This document shows, in pieces, positions 22,295 to 32,263 of a stretch of DNA of 32,263 nt. A program made the position numbers and the translations under genes. Source of the DNA: Catajapyx aquilonaris (taxonomy: Eukaryota); NCBI GenBank assembly GCA_000934665.2, contig JYFJ02004424.1, positions 1 to 32,263 on the forward strand, given 5' to 3'. Position 1 is the stretch's first letter, and each line of letters begins with the position of its first letter. A model generated the notes under the pieces. The model saw only the letters and a list, made by a program, of their open reading frames with translations. It was not told the DNA's origin and did not search any database.

Positions 22295-25200
22295 TTCAGA
22301 AGAAAAAATCTTGGGACCGAATCGGCGCTTAGTTCATCTCTGATTATTGTGACTGACAACTCAAATTGAACTGCCAATCTAGCAATGGCTGCTAGGATTG
22401 AAGACAGAAACCGGGAGGGGAGACCGCGTGATTCGGAAACCTCGCTTATGGATCAATCTGCCGGGGCCATTAGGAACATGTGGGTCACAAAAATGGCAGC
22501 CAGAAGCAACAGGGGTTTTTGGGTCAGAAAGGAACAAAAGTTGATACGAATTAAATCTGGCGAGAAACCAATATTCGTCAGTTGACGCTGTGTTCCCACG
22601 CTATAGCGAGAGCGTGAAGGTAACACTCATACCAAATGTATGCATTATATATGATGCAAGAATTTAAAAAATGCGGTTCTTACCATAAATAATTACAGGA
22701 TGTGCACTTTCTTGAAAATTATTAATTTGGCTGTTACGAACGCTGAATATTTCAGGAGCAATCTCACATATAGAAGTTGAGATTACTCCCTGGGATGGTC
22801 AAGCTGTGACTAGAATTGTCCTCGCCTGGCCGGAGAAAACCTCGTGAATGTTTGATGCTTTCGTTGCGACATCTGCAGAAAAAGAAAACGGAGGCCTTGC
22901 AGAGTCCGGTTGAATAATTCAGGTCGAATGGCGTCGGCAGTACTCATTACCCCAACAGGTAACCGGAATGACTTGAATTATTCACCGCGCCCCTGTCGAA
23001 ACGGGGACCTTATGTCCATTCTCTACGAGGGACATAGATCGCAAGCTGGCTGGGTGCATGTTTCATGCACCCACCCTATGCACGGAAATAAGGCTGCATG
23101 GCATCAAATAACGCATGGGGGACATTTTACAACATTCAGCTCGTGAATATATTACGCAGTCGTCTCATATCGACAAATATGTGTATAAGAAGCAGCCACT
23201 CGAACTGTTAGAAGCAGCCACTAGAATGACGTCGGACTGTTCAGGTGTGATATATTATGTCGATATGTGAATGGGTATCACCCTTGCGCTGTTCAGAGGT
23301 CTTGTAATATTTACTGAGGCATACTTGCTTACACTGTGTTATGGCAACAGGTAATTTAAGTTGAGCAAACATGGGTCCCTTGTTGGGTATGAGTCACCTG
23401 ATTGGTAGGATTAGACTGAATACATCAGCGTCACATTTGACTGATTTTGAACCTTGTTGAATCATATACTCTGAATGATACCGAAAGTCCTGTCACCCCA
23501 GTCATCTTGTCAGAAGCTGGAACTAAAATTGTTGGCACTTTCTTTAAAAAAAGTTTTATTTCAGGTGATAGATGAGACCTAGCGCCCGTATATTCGTAGT
23601 AGCAAAAGAAGCGGCAACTTGTGAACTGCGAGAGTAAACTTCCTGCATGCGGCTAAATCCATTGGCGGTTTCAATTCATCTTCCTTTGCAGACGTTGTGC
23701 CCCCTCCGACTCACCCCCACCACAGAAGCGTCTAACCACACCTGCATATTCTGGGGAGTTATACTCTTTGCCCGTAAAGTTTCCGGGTATCTGGAGCAGT
23801 ATATGCAGTATAGTGTATACGGAGGTAGTGAAGGCGGAGAAGTTGCTTCCTTCTCTTTCCACAAACTCCGGAGATGGTCCACTTTCGAATTGTTCGCGTT
23901 CCTCTCGTTCCAGGATTCTCCGCAACAGAATGAAATAAACCAGGGCTAAGGAACCGCCCCTCTTGGAAAATTTTGCCCCCTCTGGAATTGTAACCGCTAT
24001 TGTGGTGGTTCACTCCCCGAAATTTTCACCGGGCCTTAGTTTTCCGGGCGTGATTGCATCGGTGCAAATATTTCAATTATTTACCAATAACTTCCGGAGC
24101 ACTGAAACTGAAGGTGATCCGGCGGAAAATCCCGGATTCCTACTAAAGAAAGTATGCTGCTAACTCATGTAAACAGAGTAGCCTATACACCTACCAGCTC
24201 CCTAGTACCCCCCTCCCAACATTTTAATTGGACGTCCATGTGGCGGCAAAGTTAATTTCCAAAGGCAGAAGTGTCAAGCTGTGCTGAGGACGCCGTCAAA
24301 GAAGCGTCTACTTTTCCTCTTCCCCGGATATATATCCGTATATCTGGCAGTCGCCAAATGAAGGCGAACCCCCAGCAGGGCTTTTGGATAATCAACCTCG
24401 GCGAGAGATGAGCTGCAGTCGAGAGATTCTCTCTATCTCTTTTTTACTCGCTGCCAGCGCCAACTGGTGGCCATCAGCTCCCAACCACCACCCACCTCTC
24501 ACACACTTTGCCAAATCAAATTCCTGTTCCCCACCTCCCTGCACACAATGCCAGCACATGACACACTTCCTGATGGTCGATGTGCAGGTGTAGAAGACGC
24601 ATTCATTCCAAAGGGACGGCTCAAAAGGTGGTATTTGTGCAATTACATGATATTACGAGACGCCAAGAGCAATTTTGCCTGTGTCAGGAATGGTATGAGC
24701 CTTCTCTAGTACAAAGCCTATTGCATCTAAAACCTTTGACAATATATGAATTTCACACTATGCAGCTTTGACATTGCATTAAATTCGTGGAAGTAGCACT
24801 TAGTTGATGAGCAGTTTATAACACTATGCGTGTCACACACAAGCACTTTTTTCTGTTTTCGACAACTAAGCTAAGTACAAAAAAACACAGATGGTGACAC
24901 AATTTCCATAATTCCTCAAATTCCCCCCCCTACTGAGTAAGGGTCTGAATATATCCCAGGGCACTTCTATCCCTCTTCCCCTCCAAGCAAGCATCATTGT
25001 CGGCAGTTGGGTCCCTAGGCTGCAATCTAGGGCCTCTGTTTCATTCAATTAGAGTTCCCACGGCAATCAACGCACCCTCATTTTTCATGTTTTCATTCGA
25101 TTGCCGCAGAGGCAACAGATGGTACAAGCACACACTGCCGCGTAAATATTTAGTGCCATTATTATTGCTCACAATATTTCTCATTCCATAAATCCGATGG

Positions 25201-28038
25201 TAGTTCAACCCATACCAATTACACGGTGCACCGACCTGGGACACGTTTAACCCCATATCTCTCTTTTTTTAAAAGGGACAGCAGATTCAAATACAGAGTA
25301 TGAGCCAGACTCTCCCAATTGATATTGGCCAATTGAATGCACTTGGGGGAATTCGGCTCGACCATGCATACAATTTCACACCAAAAACGTCAAGAGATGT
25401 CCGGTCTCTAAAACTAGCGTTTGAAAAATCTACGCCGTGAAAAAGAGGCGTGTACTGAAACACAACTCCCAAAAGCACCAAAAAAACTCATCGAATCGGA
25501 TCCACAGCCTGTAACCAGATCTGGATGCGTGTCCGGGTTACACCAATGTAATACAATACCTGGTAACATCAGGTTACAGGTCGAGGGTGATTGACTTGCA
25601 CTAGTTTCATACCAGGATCTCAATCTTTTTGGCCCTCCATTATCAACCAGTTTTGCATGACACCCAACCCTAAACAATTAGGGCCATCTGGTGTGTTTTC
25701 CGGAGAACCCAACCCTTCATAGAATGAAAAACTCATTAGACCCTCCTCATAATAATCTCCATCGGACCAATTCCAGAGGCCCTTCCATCCAGTTCTCATT
25801 TCCTAAGTGCTTTCCGACTCTCCCTGAAGTCCAGCAAACGAGCAATTAGAGAAAAAGGCGGGAGGGGCCTATAGAGGGAGCCTGACATGAGGACACCTGG
25901 TGTTTCCTGATCGAATCAAGTCCATCTCCATCTTGGGTTTCGGAATAGGGAGGGCCAGTAGAGGCCGAGGGGAATATAAGTTTACATTACAGGCCAGCAT
26001 TAGCCCGGGGGTTTGACGTCTACAACTGTTGACTTGCCCAAAGCACAGTTGGGGGGGGGGGGGGTATGCTGTGTATGTGGTCCTGGAAAGAGGGGGGATT
26101 GGTCCAGGGAAGATCGATCCTGGAAATGTATTCTTCATGGGGGGGACTCCGGAGGGATTTATGCAAGTTGCAATGGTTACGAGGCAAGGTCGATTCTGGA
26201 GTCTTACGAGGGGTTTTATACTGTACAAAACAACTGGCGGACACAGGAAGTTCTATGGTGTAGCCTACCCTCTTTTTTGCGTCAATGGTTCTGCAACTGA
26301 TCTCTACCCTTCAACTCACCCCCATCAAAGAGCCCACACATCCCCAACGGGCCAACTGCTCCCCTAATCCGACTCCCAAGTTTGCCCCTTGCTGAACACA
26401 CAACTCGAGTAATCATAACTCTGCAAAAATCCTTAAAAAAAGATTTTATGTTCGCAAATGTACTCCAAACCTCAAAGAGAAAAAGTTATGACATTTCTGA
26501 TCTTTTCAATCGAACTGAAAATCCTATTTAATATCAAAATTTGTTTCTATAACCCCAACTTTTTTGTTAGCGAGCGTTTGTCGCAATTTGAAAATACATC
26601 AGCTCAACTTGGGGGTCACCAGCGACTGAATAACATGTACAAAAAAAAATGGTAAAAAAATAGTTTTAAAAAACAGGAAAAATGGAGGCTCGTTAGTAGC
26701 CCTGCTTATTAAAGAAAGACATTCATAAGCCCCGGGAATGCCTGTGTATCCAGAGAGTGTAGGTCCCCGAGGGATGGGTTATCATGCCCTCCCTTCCCCC
26801 TCCCTTCCCTCCTCCCCAATACAGGGCTGGGGAGTAGACGCTGCAAATTGGGTACAGGACTAACGTCGTTCTTATACCTCCCTTAGGACCGACCAAAACC
26901 GGAATGAAACACAGCCCGATTTTTTTTTTCACCTCTCCTCAGGACATAGTTGAAGATTCCCTTAGTAATTACACCCCTGCAAAATATTAGCTGGTAGCTA
27001 TTGACTTCTTAAGTCCATATCAGCAGGTGCAATTCAATAAGCGGATACAAATTGCATGACGACACCGCCTTTTGTGAATCACGAGACGCACGCCTCCCGC
27101 ATTATATCTCCCCCCCCCCCTCCCTCATTCCCCTACCTGTATTACGATCGTAATAGGTCCCGAAACGCAATGATTTCTGACTAATTGATTACCCCCGGCC
27201 GGCTTAATGACACAAAGAGGAGGTGAATTATTCAAGCATTCCCGTGGGCTAAACGTGTAAAATTAATTGCAATTACAAGAATCGGAATTTAGAATGTTGG
27301 GGAAGTAGGGTGATATGCCCCCAATATGTTCAACAATGATGTTATTTTTATTCAGGAATATGCTGAACATTACACCGAATAATAACGTCCTTTTTAGGTG
27401 TGAAGTGTTCCGTACCATGTTGGTCACACTGATTTCCAGAAAAGTATTCATCAATATAATAAAGGTACACCCTCCACAGTCTAGGCACTGGTGTTATTAG
27501 TCACGCATATTAATAATTAGCAATTAATTACAACGCACAAAACGATAATGACACACTCGTGTATTTTTAGTGATGCATTCTAGTACCTAATTACAAGAGT
27601 TACCATTTACCAAATTACACAATATTAACAATGCATTATCCCCGTTATTTATACAGGTATGGTGCTATGCCCTTTCAATAGTATGTTCTTAATTCTACTG
27701 TCATTATGGTATTTATCCGTACAAGATTTTGATGACAAATCCACTGTTGCAGTTTATTATGCAAACATGCACCAGCATGGTTGATTTGCTGTGCAATATA
27801 TTTTCATGCCTAAACTTATGCCAATTACAATAATGGGACGCAGTGAAATTGTTTATGCAACTGTACCCTATACCTGTTGATGCTTTAATATGACATCAAT
27901 ACCTCAATTATAATTTCAAATAATTGATTTATGAAGAACAGCCTTATCGTGTACACCCGTACACTAAAAGTGGTTGCAACGCACTTATTAAAATGGACAC
28001 TATCCAAATTGTGGTTATGTATAGTACGTTTTTTAAAA

Positions 28039-28295
28039 GAAGAGTAGAAATGCCAAAGGCTCTAACTGTAAGTGCCAAATATCTGGAAGGGAGATAATTG
28101 AGTTTATTTCAAGCGAGAAGACCATTCGTACATAGCCGGAGTCTGTGGGATACCTTCAGTATAGTACCACGAATGAAATTTTTTGGCACTTTCGAGCCTC
28201 CTGCACGGGACTATAGGCAGGGCACATAGAGCATTTTTCACGCAGAATCTCACGTTCTAATTTTCTGGCACTAGCCTTTGGCATTTCCACTCTTC
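28039..28295. mobile_element. TIR MITE, 257 bp, superfamily unassigned
   Basis: GAAGAGTAGAAATGCCAAAGGCT (28039-28061) versus AGCCTTTGGCATTTCCACTCTTC (28273-28295) is 22/23 inverted identity. Both arms also carry an inner AGTGCCA/TGGCACT. No clean TSD. Confidence 0.8.
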
Positions 28296-29908
28296 AATTA
28301 TAGAGCGTGATCTAAAATACTTGACCGATAGCTATGACTATGGTACTTAAACTACGGTTAGCTCTTAACGGTCAGTTAAAACTAGGAAAATCGGAGCGTC
28401 AATGAATGCAAGCAGTACGTACTGGGTACTGTACCTACTTGCCTGTTTATGATTACTGCTTCTAAATTAGAGCTGAAAAGTAATGGCTAATCTCAAATTA
28501 CGCAATGCACACAACGCACTAACACGCAATGTGTGAAACTCACAACTACGCACAATTCGCATGTTAAATGTGATTATTCGTGACTTATTAGTAACAGCCT
28601 GAAGCTAAAACGGCGAATTCCAGAGAAATGTCGCAGACGATCCATTCCAAATGTGTCTATAACTAATAGTTAAGTGTTTATGAATTTTTATCATCAAACC
28701 TTCGGATATACAATTTTTTTTTAAAAATCAAACAATCAAATCAAATCATACTAAATACATACTGTAATTATCTGTACCTGATAATGCCATTTTTTTGCCA
28801 ATCCCCAGCTATCAACTTCTGACAAAATATTACATCCATTCAAACTCCTTAGTGCCTCCTTAGTGTTGTTGTTGTTGTTGTTGTATGTGGATAGGTGTAG
28901 TTCTTTGTCTACGGTGTATCTCATGTTATCGATATGTGGAAGAGGTCCTCCTTCCAATATCGATAACTTATGTCATTTGAGTGACCTCAACCTCGTCCCG
29001 ATATACTTCATGAATTATGGATCAGCAACAATGGTTGTTTTCTTCCCCATCCTTCCCCCTAACACAGTCTGCCATTTCCCAAGACACCCCAAGACCAATC
29101 CAAAGTAATTTCCCAGTGGCTGACTGGAATTGAACTGGAGGGTGGAGAGACGAAAGAAGGGATAAGACAATGACCATCGCGCATCTCCAAACTATCAGCC
29201 TATCCATTTTGTATCCCACGTCATCGGCATCCCCCCCCCCCCCNCAAATCGTGTCCAAATAACCAATGGCCTATTAATGCCCTTTTTTTATATAGAAAAA
29301 TGGTAAAAAAGATGAGGCCGGGGGTTGTGACAAGGCAGAGACCCCTCCGGATATTAATGAGCGTAATATGGCGCCTGCCCCTAGCCTTTGGTTCCAGTCA
29401 AAAGGAGGGGCCAATTGGTGAGTCATCTTTTTTTTTGTCAGCCCTTTTCAAACGCGACGAGGGATATATATGGGGAGGGTTGACTCATTCCAATCCACAC
29501 GCCATATTTTGTGTTCCCACCCTTCTCTACAAAGAACTTCCGCCATGTCTCCTTACTAATAACTGAAAATGGCGTGCATATGCATGAATAATAATTTGAC
29601 AGGGAGGGGCACCGGTGGGGGGGGGGAGGGAGGTGAAAATAGACCCTGAATCGATCGCACGTGAAAACTGGTGACAGGAGATAACATGGAGCAGATGCTT
29701 AACAAAAGGACTCACAAGTGGACATTTGCCAATATGGCGGCGACTCATCAAAAGGACACAAATTGAAATGCATGATGAGCTCGGAGGATACGGAGTCTGC
29801 TGAGTAGGGCTACATCTATATTAATTGCCTTCTCGACCGAGGTAAGATTTGATTCAAAATAAATATATAATATAATTATATATATTAAAATATTAAAATA
29901 GAAGGCCA

Positions 29909-30101
29909 TGGTTTTCTGTGGTTTTCCATGGTCCCCTCCAGGACAATTCCGGGGTCGTTTCCGTAAAAATAGGCCACAGCCGCTTCCTTCCTTCTCTATC
30001 CCTGGTCCCATCCAATGGTGGTAATCCACCCCCCTCAGGGAGCCAAAGGCTCTAGCACAGGGTATGCTAAATAAATAATAATTAATTAATTAATTAATTA
30101 A
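29909..30101 (+). mobile_element. 5'-truncated SINE related to the 15662 copy
   Basis: 29909-30000 aligns with the central domain at 15753-15844 (TGGTTTTCTGTGGTTT...CCAGGAcAATTCCGGG...AATAGGCCACAGCCGCTTCCTTC). It has no tRNA head and ends in a TAAA/(ATTA)n tail. Confidence 0.85.
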
Positions 30102-30334
30102 TGTAGGTCGAGGAGCACCTCATTAATTTAAGCTTAATTTATGATCATAAGTGATAAATTATTCTTGATTTACAGGTCAATTCGCATGTTAATTTTTTTA
30201 AATCACAAAAGTACACTAACGCAATTATTTATACACACTATGAAGGGACTAATTTCGTGCTCTGCGCTGGCTACATTATAATTATAGGGTGTATAGAATT
30301 TCAGTGTGTTACAAATGTGCCGCCAGAGTGTCAA

Positions 30335-30468
30335 CACCTGCTTATGATGATGTGAGAGCATGAGCGATGATAGCGTTTCATCTTTTGGCATCACTCATGA
30401 ATTTTAGATGATCCTCATTATATTATAGTCCTGAAAATGTCCGCCTCTGCCTTCCCCCTGTTGGGTAA
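30335..30468 (-). mobile_element. Decayed hAT transposase C-terminal dimerisation-domain fragment
   Basis: Across frameshifts it reads LPNRGKAE / RTFSGL*YNEDHLK / DETLSSLMLSHHHKQV, against the family pattern LPxSxAxAERSFSxLKxIKxxLRSTMxxERLSSLMLLHIH. Confidence 0.4.
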
Positions 30469-31936
30469 ACGATTTAATGACATATTATTCTGCCAATTGC
30501 ACTACGTAATAACTCGTTCAGGTAGAATTTTAGCAGCTAATTTCATTTTTAGGCAAAAATGATGTCAACATTTGCCATTTTCATCAAAGCAAGCTGAATT
30601 CGACAGCTTTTGACCATTTGGAATGACCCCGACTTGCTTTCAACCACGTGTTTACATTCATGTCCGCCCTCCTGGTCTATAGTCACATTTTGCTATGTAA
30701 TGACACCATGGAAGGAAATATCAGCATAACCCGAGGCTTCAACGTCATGTGTAATTGAAACTTTCATGTTGGATTATCTTGTGGTATATGATTGTGACAG
30801 CCTAATCACAAATGCGAGTAACTAATTTTTTATTAGTACCTTCACCTTCCGTGCATTTTGTAATCATCATCAAATAAGCCTGTCTTTCAATCTGGTGTAG
30901 TCAGCCCAGAACTAGCCTAGAATCAATAACAAGGAAGCAACTTCCACACACACGTCATGCTCTACTGAATTGGTTTTCGTTCTGTCACATACTAATTACG
31001 CAGACAAAGAACATCGTTGACACACGACACGCATATATCGGTACGGCCGATATGTTGGGTTGCAAATGGTATGCTAACATAATGTTAAAAGCACTTGACT
31101 CCCCCTATAAATAGAGGCTCCTGTCAGTTATTGTCGCACTTAATTACATACAGTATGCAAAATCTGGCCATCGACTTTCAGTGTCCGAAAACGTGCGTAT
31201 TCATCAGCGAAAACCAGGCTGCCATTACAACCGCCCGCCGTAATTTCACCAGACAAGCTTAAGCCCTTGTATTTATTTCCATGTTCGAATCGCACTGTCA
31301 TCCAACTCGGATTAAAATCTAATGCAACACCACACAATAGGGTCGGAGGCTGGGAAGGGGGGGGGGGGGCTTAATGTTACATATCCACCCAGAAGTAAAT
31401 CCTAGTTACGTTATTGCGACTCTAGTTCTAAAGCAGCCGTTTCACAGGTGTGGCTCCCGTGACACTTCCATCTCTTGCCATAAACTTTCATTAAGTCACA
31501 AAAATGGGACGGCTGGGGTAACAAAAGCCCAGTTGAGGGTTGGCTCCAATAGGGGGGGGGAGACAAAAATTATATATATTTCGACCTACGGAACATGACA
31601 TTTGGAGTAAGTGACGCTATTTCTCATTCCACCGGTGTTTTCTTTTTTTTTTTCTTCAACAAGAAATGGAGGATCAGAATTTTCATATATCATTCACGGC
31701 CCTGTGCAGGATGCAAAATGAAGCTGGTGAGGTCCCAGAAGTTATTTGAGAGCGTTGTATTTTGAAATGCTCTGGATGTCACCGGTCCGGAAAATATGGT
31801 CCACTTATTTAATCACTACTTATCGAACCGTTTCCAAAATGCCACAAATTAAATACTGGTGTTAGTATAGACTATCCGATAGTGTCATATTTATGGTTTT
31901 CCCAGAGTTAACTACAGACATCTGCTGGGACAGACA

Positions 31937-32010
31937 CAATGACGTATTACCAAATAGGCCGAGTAGGCACGTGCCTAGGGCGGCAAATTTTAGGGGGCTG
32001 CAAAATAATA
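31937..32010 (+). mobile_element. Left-end fragment of a common MITE type
   Basis: GTATTACCAAATAGGCCGAGTAGGCACGTGCCTAGGGCGGCAAATTTTAGGGGG resembles the TAGGCAC-TGCCTAGGGC subterminal motif of widespread animal non-autonomous DNA transposons (recalled, not searched). Confidence 0.4.
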
Positions 32011-32079
32011 TAATTGAGAAAATTTTGACGCGTGCGAAAATATAATACATGGCGTAATCGTTCATGTGCTGCCACAAGA

Positions 32080-32209
32080 TGAATCGCCATATGCCCGAGA
32101 CCAGTAAGGGCGAAAGTCGCGTGCACCCTTCCTCCCCTAGGACAGTGGGGATCTGCGCAGGATCTACACGCGAATTTCGCCCTTACTGGTCTGGGAATCG
32201 GCCGATTCA
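32080..32209. mobile_element. Short hairpin/MITE-like inverted repeat
   Basis: CCCGAGACCAGTAAGGGCGAAAGTCGCGTG (32094-32123) pairs with CACGCGAATTTCGCCCTTACTGGTCTGGG (32167-32195). There is a weaker outer extension, TGAATCG/CGATTCA. Confidence 0.75.
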
Positions 32210-32263
32210 CCTTGGAGCGGCATAGATGAAATTCACTGGCCAGGAGTGTGTGTGTGGAGGGGG

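Noticed and set aside
22806..22827. miR-279/996-like TGACTAGAATTGTCCTCGCCT
   Set aside because: Only a 6-bp stem forms with upstream DNA; there is no pre-miRNA 5' arm.
26066..26250. Trypsin-like motifs (MLC..KEGG in one frame; GDSGG and EGFYT in another)
   Set aside because: The spacing is wrong, the conserved Cys and GIVSWG are absent, there are no splice sites, and the G-rich DNA inflates Gly motifs.
31104..31130. TATA box (CTATAAATAG) with a TCAGTT initiator
   Set aside because: The spacing of ~20 nt is short of the usual ~30, and no downstream gene is evident.

Overview
This is eukaryotic, almost certainly arthropod (probably insect) genomic DNA, and it is mostly non-coding. The one convincing gene feature is the first coding exon of a TMTC2-type protein O-mannosyltransferase on the minus strand (19261->19176, MDRAVVVCCLLAFGLYYNTLDAGFVYDD+AG|gtaag). 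It is too short to appear in the ORF track. Bases 1-19175 are therefore part of a large first intron (no exon 2 found in the window), and 19300-32263 is 5' leader, promoter and upstream DNA. The non-coding DNA holds a full tRNA-Cys-like SINE with target-site duplications and a truncated relative with a different tail. It also holds several TIR MITEs, a ~560-bp palindrome, minisatellites and heavily decayed transposon fragments. The most unusual observation is a head-to-head pair of very divergent, frameshifted histone H2B-like (-) and H2A-like (+) sequences at ~11490-12014 inside the intron. Nearly all ORFs in the supplied track look spurious. All protein similarities were judged by eye and need HMM/BLAST confirmation.
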